From the NCBI GenBank assembly GCA_964057225.1, contig OZ059894.1, positions 5,580,001 to 5,644,000 of the forward strand: a DNA stretch of 64,000 bases, in the 5' to 3' direction. The DNA is from Auanema rhodensis. Taxonomy: Eukaryota; Animalia; Nematoda. The notes under the pieces were generated by a model that saw nothing but the letters and a program-made list of their open reading frames with translations, was not told the DNA's origin and searched no databases. The position numbers and the translations under genes were made by a program. Below are positions 47,597 to 58,501 of this stretch, one piece after another; the first letter of the stretch is position 1, and the number at the start of each line of letters is the position of its first letter.

Positions 47597-48878
47597 TTTT
47601 GTTTTAATATTTTTTTGAAACTTTTACGTTTCTTGTGCTAAATACTTTTTCTGAATGATTTGGAAACAGATTCTGTACTCAATTTAAGAATGTTTAACTC
47701 TTTCTTCTTTTTCTTAAAAAATCAAATGCTACTAGAAGAAGAGTTTTACATTTATTTTAATCGTATCTCAATTCCAAATTTGAATACCTGAATATGTACA
47801 TATACATACATATAGCACGGGTCAAAACGATTATTGTCTCCAGTGGAGTCAAGTATGTTCAATCTCGTAATGTTTTTGGTACTTATAAACCATTATAGGA
47901 ATATAATTTATTGTTTTTATATCCCATTTTTTCTCCTGGAAACAAATAAGCAATAAAGAGTTAAAATTTTAAAAAATATATAAATATTATAAGTTGATAT
48001 TCATATAGAACTTTGAACATTGAAATTTTTATATTGCTTCTATGGCTATTTTTCTTTCTTCTCAGCAATGCAGTACTTTTGATAAAAATATTCTTTGCGA
48101 TTACAATTGGATTTTCTCAGATAAAAGAAATTTCTCTGTAATTTAGTAACACAATTTGAAAATGAAAACTACATACCAAACACGCCTGACTTATTCAAGT
48201 GACCGTATAGAATTTCTTAGTCGTTCAAGAAAGTCCTGAAAAAAATGTAACCAGATGGCTCAATAAATCTTTGTTGACTGTGCATTTTTTTATTCAGTAG
48301 AAGCTTGCCTAGGGGAGGGGTTCCGCTCAGAGAAATACAAAAAACATAGCAAATAAATAGAAATTTATATTACGATATGCCAATTTTGAAAAAATAAAAG
48401 TAAAGAAACAATTGTTTAAAAAAAGCTAAAGCTATAAGTATAAAAAATTCGGCGAGGAAGTTTTCAAAATCAAAAAAAAAAGGTATTATCTGTATGTTGC
48501 TCAGAAACTGTGCAGCAAAAAAAATTTGATTAAAATTTTTGTGCATAGTCAAATAGAAAACTAGCTTTTTTATTTCAAAATGATATTAAAATATGCCATT
48601 TGCCTGTGTACCAGGCGGGACAGGTTCAGAATAGTTCACGTATTCTCACGTCAACATTTGAATCTAGTTTTTATAGGCATCGGTTCCAGATTTATCCGTT
48701 TTCTACTGTTCTCTAGCTTTTCGCGGCTTTCTTAGTTTGTTTGAGCGGAAACTTCAATTCGCACCTATCTGAGCCGAAACAGGCTCCGGCTCGCGCAAAT
48801 ATTGCCTCAGGTGAACGGATATAAATGTCGCCAATGGCCAGGTATTCCACATCAAATTTCGAGTTCCAATTCTCAACA

Positions 48879-49615
48879 ATGAAGACTATCAGGTAAATAC
48901 CTAGTTAACATCACAACAGGTTCAACTCTCATTTTTTAGTATCCTTATTGCTTTTGTTGGTGTTTGTTCTGCTCAATATGCTGCTTGGCCAGTTAGCTCG
49001 TATAGCCCATACTATGCAAGATACTACAGTGCTGCACTTTCTCCATCTTTAGCAGCTCCTCAAGTTGTGGCTGCTGCTCCAGCTCTTTCTCAGCCTATTG
49101 CTGCATCCCCTGCATTTGCTGCTGCTGCTGCTAATGGACTTCCAGTTGTCGCCTCTCCACCACTTGCCTACCCATCTCCAGTTGCCGCTTCTCCAGTTGC
49201 TCCAGGCCCATTGGCTTACCCAGCTCCAGTTGCTGCTGCTCCAGCTCCACTTGCCTACCCAGCTCCAGTTGCTGCTGCTCCAGCTCCACTTGCGTACCCA
49301 GCACCAGTCGCTGCTGCTCCTGCTCCAATGGCCTACCCTGCGCCAGTTGCTGCTGCTCCAGCTCCACTAGCCTACCCAGCTCCAGTTGCTGCTGCTCCAG
49401 CTCCATTAGCCTATCCAGCTCCAGTTGCTGCTGCTCCAGCTCCATTAGCATACCCAGCTCCAGTAGCTGCCCCTATTGCACAGACACCTGTAGCTGCTGC
49501 TCCAGTTGCTGCAGCTCCTTTCGCAGCAGCTCCAGCCGTTGTTCCAGCGTATGCTCCATTCCAGACTGCTGCTTACTTCATCGGAGCAAACAAAGATAAA
49601 ACTGTCAAAGCTTAA
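48879..49615 (+). CDS. Secreted Ala/Pro-rich low-complexity protein with 13-aa (39-bp) repeats
   Basis: TATA-like ATATAAA near 48819; MKTIS/ILIAFVGVCSA signal peptide across one intron; about 8 copies of PLAYPAPVAAAPA with synonymous variation; ends YFIGANKDKTVKA*. Confidence 0.88.
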
Positions 49616-51073
49616 AGAATGTTTTCATCCTAGCCATCTTTTGAAATTTTCTGTATATTTGAAAATGAAGAATAAACTCCTTTCATCTTTATTATTTTTT
49701 TCGAAGTTATTAGATAGATGAACAACACATGTATATTGGAAGAAAATGTTTAGTTCAAATTGGTTTATATTCATAAAACAATGCACACCGGGGATGGAAA
49801 GTTACTGGTTAAACCTTTCAGTATCATGATAAATATGAAACACTATGTTTCTTTTTTCTATTCCATTTTCAAAATGTATACGTTTTTTCGAGAATGGCAG
49901 AGATTTTTTATAAAATATCTAAATAATAGATTAGCAATAATTTGATGAAGTAATTTCGAAATTTTAAAATATATCTGCTTATTCTTAAAAAACTATGAAG
50001 GGATACGTAATCACAACTGATAATATTTGTAAACTTAAATAACGTGTTTTCAAATTATTTGTGAACATACTTTTCTAAAACTAAAATGAGAATTTGAAGA
50101 TTTTTTCATATTTGATTGTTGGAATGTATAATAAATATTTCCACATATGTTTCATGACAACTTTACTTATCACTTTCTTATCTTCATTGCTAATCAATAT
50201 TTCGGATATTACTCACTATATAGCTATGTTGTTTAGTATAATATAAGTATGTGTACTTGCTGAGTATTCATAAAATGATAAGAACTAACTATAACTCACA
50301 TCAAATTTGAAAAATACACATATGTATATATATAATTGTATATTTATATAGTTTTGAATATAATATATAGTTAAATATTTATTTATAAAACATAAAATTA
50401 TTTGGCCTTGTTTAAAATATAAAAAATGTTGAAACTTTCGGATTTTTAAATAACGCAATTGGAATGACTTAAAATTGCAAATACATTAAGCAGAAAGCCG
50501 TGTAAAGAAAGGGATTTTGGAAACAGATGAAGAGAAGACGGAAACAACTTTGACAAGATATAAGGATTGAGAGACAAAATTATGAATAATCAGTTTGAGA
50601 GAATTTAGATTGTAGAATATGGGTGCGAGCCGAAACTGTGATAGTATTTGTTTTCTATCATAGGTTGGCTCGTAAAGTGTCAGAGAAGGCAAGAGATAAC
50701 AGGAAGTATGAAGAGAAACAGAGAATAGTGTTGAACATGTATGCAGAGTCTATTGAGAGCATAGAGTGAATAATGTTGAATACGAACCGTACAGACTGAG
50801 TGGTAGACGTAAGCGGCAACATCACTGAATATACTCTGTTTCTCTCTCTCCTACGTTCTGTATACCTTTCTCCACCTGAATTTTTCTTTTTCTCTACCTG
50901 GTTTACTCTTTCTCTCTGTATGTATCTCTGTCATTCATTTTCTCTTTACAACCAGCCACCTCTAACCCCACCTTCAGTTCAACTTTCTCTGCTCTTTCAA
51001 CCTCGTATGGTATACTGAAGTCAGCTGACAAACTTGACTATTCAGTAAAACCCAGTTTGAATAATTATTAACA

Positions 51074-52223
51074 ATGGAAAAAAAATTAAAATTAGTTGTA
51101 GTAGGAGACAGCTATGTCGGTAAAACCAGGTACGATTTTCCTTTTCTTATTCGTTTTTTCAATGATATGCTGATCTTTTGGTCTGTTTTTTTCTGAACAA
51201 ATCATCTATGCAGTGATCAAACATTTTTTCTACAATGATTTTATTTTTGATTGCAGTTTACTATTCGCTTATACACAGAAACAATTTCTTGACAATTATG
51301 CAACAACAGTATTTGATAATTGGGCTGTAACTATTAGTATTGAAAATATTCTGTATACTGTTAACTTATTTGATACAGCTGGTCAGGTATATTTTATGCA
51401 AAACTTTAATTTCAAAAATCATCTAAAGAATAAAAGAAAAAATAAATTATGATTTAGTGTTCTTGAATGTAGTTGTTTTAAATCTTCTTTATTTTACATC
51501 TTTTGTGAAAGTCACATAGTCGAACCGTAAAAACTTTCTTGTAGAATATTGTGCAAATAATATTCGCAAATATCTTTTTTCTGTTCATTTTAGTTAGAAG
51601 ATCAAAAGATGTTTGAAGTTGTTGAAGGACACAATTATACAAATTTACAACATAGCATGAATCTCGGATTTATAATTTCAATAAAACATTATTTTAAACG
51701 TTCTCTAAAACAATTAGAATCAAAAAAGTTCTTTGTACAGTACATACATTAGATTATAAAATAACTTTTCAGGAAGATTATGATAATTTACGTTATCTCA
51801 GTTATCCAAATACTGATGCTTTTTTACTATGTTTCTCATTGGCAGATCCAACAAGTTTGGAAGCTTGCCGAACAGTATGGATGCCGGAAATAAGGAAGTA
51901 TGCTGGCGAGTCTGTTCCGGTTATACTGGTTGGAACAAAAGAAGATCTCTTGGATAAAACAAATGAAAAGCAAGCAGTTTCAGATGAGCAAGCAACAAAA
52001 GTAGCTTCACAGGTTAGTTAATATAATATTGATAAGATTTCTACTATTCAATAATTATCTTATTTCTTATTAGTTCAATGTTCAGATAGGTTGTACAAAA
52101 TTTTTGGCATGCTCATCGTTAACACATAGAGGTTTAAAACGAGTTTTCGATGAAGCGTTCTTGGTCGCTATAGGATTATCAGTAGCAGATGATACCAAAA
52201 AACCATGTTGTACTATTCAATAA
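51074..52223 (+). CDS. crp-1: Cdc42-related Rho-family GTPase CRP-1
   Basis: [53 protein letters not shown] and C-terminal CCTIQ*; 4 exons. Confidence 0.88.
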
Positions 52224-53071
52224 AATCAGTTTATTTCTTTAAAAAAATGTTTTTTTTTTAATATAGAACTTTATATATAAATGACGAATGTAGGTGAAAT
52301 AGAATGTTAAGCTTTAAATAGTGGATCAACTTAGCAGCATTATTTATTCTGAACTACAAAATGTTATTTTTTAAGCTCAACTAGAGAGGGTTCATAGTTA
52401 AAGATGTAGTGTTGTAACAATCGATTCAATTTGACTGAACATCTTATATGAATGATTCGTTATGATTATCAATTCTTATCTCTGACTTTTCAGGCGCATA
52501 ACTTTTCTAAATGATTGTTCAGATAGTTCAAAAACAATAAAGTTCAAAATAATAATAGTTTTAAAACAATATGGTGAGTTTAGAGGTGTTCAGTGTGTTT
52601 ATTTGTGTTTCATTTTTCGTAAAAAAAAGCCAAACATTACTGTATCCGGGTTTCATAATATTTCTAATGAACCAGTGTGATAATTTCAAGAATTAAAGCT
52701 ATAATCCTGGCATCATTTGTAATATTTTAATCAGATATTATTTCATGAATAGTAATGGGAAATTTTTGATAGAAAAAGAAGGGATACGAAAATATAAAAA
52801 AACAATTCAAGTTTGATACCATACTTTAGTAATTTAAAAAAGCTTAATTTTCATGATTTTCATGCGTTATATGTCTTATTATATAAACAGAAAGCCAACT
52901 ACGATGAATTATGCAGGTTTTTTTTTTGTAATATTTGGCGCTTCTATCATTGTTTTTTTTACTGTTGATTGCTCGGCAATGAATTATGACACTGTTCTTG
53001 AAATCAAAATTTATTTGACTAACACATTTTTATAATATATGTAAATTATGAATACATAAATCTGGATTCGA

Positions 53072-53290
53072 TCTAGGTGGTAATGCCATAAATATCGATA
53101 TGAACGCTGATAATGAGAATATTAATGCGAAAAAACAGCGAAAGAACATTTGATATTATGTTTTCACTTGGTTTTTTTCATAATTTATGCAATTGATACA
53201 AATGTTTTTCTATTCCTTTTTAGACATATACCTGTACTAATGGGTTTGAAGTTTAAAATATTTTGAAAGTTAGAAAAATCATTTATACCA
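53072..53290 (+). repeat. Degenerate direct repeat, left copy (partner 61874-62060)
   Basis: Shares ATGTTTTCACTxGG..TTTTTTCATA and GTTTGAAGTTT..AATA.TTT.AAAGTTA.AAAAATCATTTATACC with the right flank, in the same orientation. Confidence 0.65.
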
Positions 53291-53329
53291 TTTATTTAAA
53301 ATTTTGATTTTCTTTTCATTTCCTCCATT

Positions 53330-54442
53330 CGACTCTTCGTTTCTTCCTCGGCTCTTACGCGGCTTCTCCCACGTTTTTTCGGTTCTTCCTTCGATTTTCG
53401 GTTCTTTCTTGGTTCTTTCTTGGATCTTTCTTGACTATTCTTCTAGGTGAAGAACCAAAAAGTCGATGAAGAACAGAGGAGGCGAGCAAAAACCGAATAG
53501 TCGAAAAATCGAAAGGCTGAAGGAAAAAGGACGAATCGAGAAAGAGATCAGGAAGAGCCCAGGACGAACCAACGAATCGAGGAAGAATTCGGGAAGAACC
53601 GAGGACAAACCGAACTACTGAAGAGGAGCCGAGGAAAAACCAAAAATTCGAGGTCCGTCGTACGTAGTTCAGAAGATCCTAGGAAGAATCGAAGATTCAA
53701 AGAAAAACCGAAGTGGTGAGGAAGAACCGACGAATAGAAGAAGAGTTCAGGAAGAGCCACGGGAGAACCGAACTGCTGAAGACGAGCCGAGGAAGAACCG
53801 AGGATTCGAAAACGGGCAGAAGAAACAACGATCAGCCGCTTAAAAACAGAAAAGTGCCGAAAAAACCAAAAAGTCGAGGTATGTCGTACGTTGTTCAGAA
53901 GAGCCTAGGAAGAGTTGAAGATTTGAAGAAAAACTGAAGTGCTGAAGAAGAACCTACGAATAGAAGGAGCTACGGGAGAACCGAACTGCTGAAGACGAGC
54001 CGAGAAAGAACCGAAAAGTCGCGGAAGAGCCAACAAATCGAGGTCCGTGGTCCAGAATATCAACGGTTTAGAAGAGAAGAATCCAAGGGTGAAAGAAAAA
54101 CCGATGAGTCAAGGAAGAGAACAGAAGAGTCCCGGAAAAACCAAAAAGTCGAGGTCCGTCGTACGTAGTTCAGAAGATCCTAGGAAGAATCGAAGATTTG
54201 AAGAAAAACCGAAGTGCTGAAGAAGAACCGACGAATAGAAGGAGAGTTCAGGAGGATCCACGGGAGAACCGAACTGCTGAAGACGTGCCGAGGAAGAACC
54301 GAAAAGTCGCGGAAGAGCCAACAACTCGAGGTCCGTCGTACGTTGTTCAGGAGGAACATGGTTCGACGAGCCTAGGAAGAATCAAAGATTCAAAAAAAAC
54401 CGAAATGCTGAAGACGAGCAGACAGACAAAACGATCAGCCAA
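53330..54442 (+). repeat. Complex GAAGA-rich minisatellite, left arm (first ~115 bp in opposite orientation)
   Basis: Recurrent GAAGAACCGA, GAAGAGCC, CGAGGTCCGT and CCGAACTGCTGAAGACGAGCCGAG modules. Confidence 0.85.
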
Positions 54443-56036
54443 TTAAAATAGAAGAGAGAGTAGTTCCTTGGTCCAGCAGACTGATGATCCTGGACATTCG
54501 TCGTTGTAAGGAGCCAAAGAAGCAGACAGCGGTACACAATGCCAAACTCTGTAAATTTCAAGAATACAAATACATTTCAATTTCAAATTATTACCAGAAA
54601 TCAGGAGTATGAGAAGAGAGTAGTTCCTCGGTCCAGCAGACTGATGATCCGGGTCATTCGTCGTTGGATGAAGCCAAAGAAACAGACAGCGGCACACAAT
54701 GCCAAACTCTGTAAATTTCAAGAATACAAATACATTTCAATTTCAAATTATTACCAGAAATCAGGAGTATGAGAAGAGAGTAGTTCCTTGGTCCAGCAGA
54801 CTGATGATCCGGGTCATTCGTCGTTGAAAGGAGCCAAAGAAGCAGACAGCGGTACACAATGCCAAACTCTGTAAATTTCAAGAATACAAATACATTTCAA
54901 TTTCAAATTATTACCAGAAATCAGGAGTATGAGAAGAGAGTAGTTCCTCGGTTCAGCAGACTGATGATCCGGGTCATTCGTCGTTGAAAGGAGCCAAAGA
55001 AGCAGACAGCGGTACACAATGCCAAACTCTGTAAATTTCAAGAATACAAATACATTTCAATTTCAAATTATTACCAGAAATCAGGAGTATGAGAAGAGAG
55101 TAGTTCCTCGGTCCAGCAGACTGATGATCCGGGTCATTCGTCGTTGAAAGGAGCCAAAGAAGCAGACAGCGGTACACAATGCCAAACTCTGTAAATTTCA
55201 AGAATACAAATACATTTCAATTTCAAATTATTACCAGAAATCAGTAGTATGAGAAGAGAGTAGTTCCTCGGTCCAGCAGACTGATGATCCGGGTCATTCG
55301 TCGTTGAAAGGAGCCAAAGAAGCAGACAGCGGTACACAATGCCAAACTCTGTAAATTTCAAGAATACAAATACATTTCAATTTCAAATTATTACCAGAAA
55401 TCAGTAGTATGAGAAGAGAGTAGTTCCTCGGTCCAGCAGACTGATGATCCGGGTCATTCGTCGTTGGATGAAGCCAAAGAAACAGACAGCGGCACACAAT
55501 GCCAAACTCTGTAAATTTCAAAACTACAAATACATTTAAATATCAAATTATTACCAGAAATCAGGAGTATGAGAAGAGAGTAGTTCCTCGGTTCAGCAGA
55601 CTGATGATCCGGGTCATTCGTCGTTGAAAGGAGCCAAAGAAGCAGACAGCGGTACACAATGCCAAACTCTGTAAATTTCAAGAATACAAATACATTTCAA
55701 TTTCAAATTATTACCAGAAATCAGTAGTATGAGAAGAGAGTAGTTCCTCGGTCCAGCAGACTGATGATCCGGGTCATTCGTCGTTGAAAGGAGCCAAAGA
55801 AGCAGACAGCGGCACACAATGCCAAACTCTGTAAATTTCAAGAATACAAATACATTTCAATTTCAAATTATTACCAGAAATCAGGAGTATGAGAAGAGAG
55901 TAGTTCCTCGGTCCAGCAGACTGATGATCCGGGTCATTCGTCGTTGGATGAAGCCAAAGAAACAGACAGCGGCACTCAATGCCAAACTCTGTAAATTTCA
56001 AGAATACAAATACATTATAATTTCAAATTATTACCA
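54443..56036 (-). repeat. Tandem array of ten 160-bp units (left arm)
   Basis: CTGATGATCC recurs at 54481, 54641 ... 55921 with exact 160-bp period. Confidence 0.95.
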
Positions 56037-56521
56037 AGTAATTAGCATATTCACAAGACGAACATTGTGTGCTTGATTGTTTATTGAATATATAAGATTA
56101 TCTGGATATCAGATTTTTTTTAAATATTACATAGATCATCTCCGTTTTCGAATTATCGGAGTTTCAAAATATGAAATTAAAATTTATAAACTCACGTACT
56201 CTTCATTATATCTGTAATACTAAAATGAATAATTGAAGCAAGAATTGAAACTTAGGTATGCGGCTTGTTGAAGCCATATTAATGCTACATGCGATCCAAT
56301 CTTCCTTCTGGAGAAATTTTACATGAAAGTTATGGTTTCTGTTCATCTTGTCGAGTTTGCTTTCTGAGAATAAGCTTATACAGATATGGTTCAAGTTAAG
56401 TAATAAATTACCTTGGTCATTCTTTTGTTTTACCGCAAGTACTTTAGAGCTAGCGAAGAGACTTTGCAGTCTGAAGAGCCTAGGAGGTGTCGACCTATGC
56501 GGACAGCGACAGTTAGACAAA

Positions 56522-56592
56522 TGAGTGTCAACTGAAAAAAATTTGCTTATATACCCCTTGACGGGCAGACCACGTAAACCACGCTTACGTCA
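56522..56592 (-). promoter_or_regulatory. Outward-facing core promoter of left arm (TGACGTAA, TATA, Inr)
   Basis: Mirror copy of 57944-58017; CTTATATAC at 56546-56554. Confidence 0.6.
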
Positions 56593-57943
56593 AATTTCAA
56601 AAATTCTAAAAACAAAAACCGGCTGTACATGATTTGAAAATTATGGGAAATGGATTAAAATTTGTGTTTAACTAATGTTTTTATTTTAATTTTAAGGAAT
56701 TATATTACATTTTTAATATTATTATATTATTTATACTGTTTTATACTTTAAAATTATCAAATATTTTTATATAACAATAATTTTTAATTAAATATTTGAT
56801 TTTTTTTATTCATTTCAAGTTGGTTATTACTAATAAACATTTAAATTATTTGAAACATATAAATATTATGAGAATTAATTATAAGTTAATGTTTATGGAA
56901 CATAGACCAAGGCAAATTTATTCTAATTTGACTTGAGTTCGACATTATTCAAATTAGCACAAGAAAATCGAATATTTTAAAAATAAATGCAAAAACATTA
57001 TATAATATTATTATTTAATTATTTCGAGAAATAACAGAAAAAGAACAAGCTTCAGATGTACATGTAAACTCAACATACACGTTGTTGTTCACCAAAAATA
57101 TAAATCGCGGCGTTCTTTTTTATTAATTTCTAATAAAATAATTTATTTAAATTCATTTAAAAGCTAGATCTCAGTGAAATCTCAGTTAAGAAATTCACTC
57201 AAAGATCCGATTTATCGTCTTCGTCTCCTCAAGACGAAACGATTGGTATATTTTTAAATACTCCAACCGACGCTGTTTATTGGAGGGAGTTGTAAAATAG
57301 TTTTCTATTTTTTAAACCAATTAGAATTTCAGATACATCTACATTTTTCTACCCTGTATTGAAAAAATATAACTTTTAAATGAATTTAAATAAATTTTTT
57401 TATTAGAAATTAATAAAAAAGAACGCCGCGATTTATATTTTTGGTGAACAACAACGTGTATGTTGAGTTTACATGTACATCTGAAGCTTGTTCTTTTTCT
57501 GTTATTTCTCGAAATAATTAAATAATAATATTATATAATGTTTTTGCATTTATTTTTAAAATATTCGATTTTCTTGTGCTAATTTGAATAATGTCGAACT
57601 CAAGTCAAATTAGAATAAATTTGCCTTGGTCTATGTTCCATAAACATTAACTTATAATTAATTCTCATAATATTTATATGTTTCAAATAATTTAAATGTT
57701 TATTAGTAATAACCAACTTGAAATGAATAAAAAAAATCAAATATTTAATTAAAAATTATTGTTATATAAAAATATTTGATAATTTTAAAGTATAAAACAG
57801 TATAAATAATATAATAATATTAAAAATGTAATATAATTCCTTAAAATTAAAATAAAAACATTAGTTAAACACAAATTTTAATCCATTTCCCATAATTTTC
57901 AAATCATGTACAGCCGGTTTTTGTTTTTAGAATTTTTGAAATT

Positions 57944-58017
57944 TGACGTAAGCGTGGTTTACGTGGTCTGCCCGTCAAGGGGTATATAAGCAAATTTTTT
58001 TCAGTTGACACTCATTT
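57944..58017 (+). promoter_or_regulatory. Outward-facing core promoter of right arm (TGACGTAA, TATA, Inr)
   Basis: GTATATAAG (57982-57990) fits the nematode TATA consensus GTATAWWAG; Inr-like CTCATTT has its A 31 nt after the TATA; bZIP-type TGACGTAA at 57944. Confidence 0.6.
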
Positions 58018-58501
58018 GTCTAACTGTCGCTGTCCGCATAGGTCGACACCTCCTAGGCTCTTCAGACTGCAAAGTCTCTTCGCTAGCTCTAAAGTACTTG
58101 CGGTAAAACAAAAGAATGACCAAGGTAATTTATTACTTAACTTGAACCATATCTGTATAAGCTTATTCTCAGAAAGCAAACTCGACAAGATGAACAGAAA
58201 CCATAACTTTCATGTAAAATTTCTCCAGAAGGAAGATTGGATCGCATGTAGCATTAATATGGCTTCAACAAGCCGCATACCTAAGTTTCAATTCTTGCTT
58301 CAATTATTCATTTTAGTATTACAAATATAATGAAGAGTACGTGAGTTTATAAATTTTAATTTCATATTTTGAAACTCCGATAATTCGAAAACGGAGATGA
58401 TCTATGTAATATTTAAAAAAAATCTGATATCCAGATAATCTTATATATTCAATAAACAATCAAGCACACTATGTTCGTCTTGTGAATATGCTAATTACTT
58501 G

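Noticed and set aside
49065-49451. Leu/Gln-rich and MELEQQQ ORFs
   Set aside because: Alternate-frame and antisense shadows of the Ala/Pro repeat gene.
53548-54446. Lys/Arg/Glu-rich or Phe/Ser-rich ORFs in the minisatellites (also 59923-61280) as a transposase
   Set aside because: Low-complexity translations with frequent stops and no DDE or other domain motifs.
54630-54720. Hammerhead ribozyme in the 160-bp unit (CTGATGA ... GAAACAGA ... TCTGTA)
   Set aside because: Core words and a possible stem III are present, but stems I and II do not pair in the required register, and the GAAA is lost in the other main variant.
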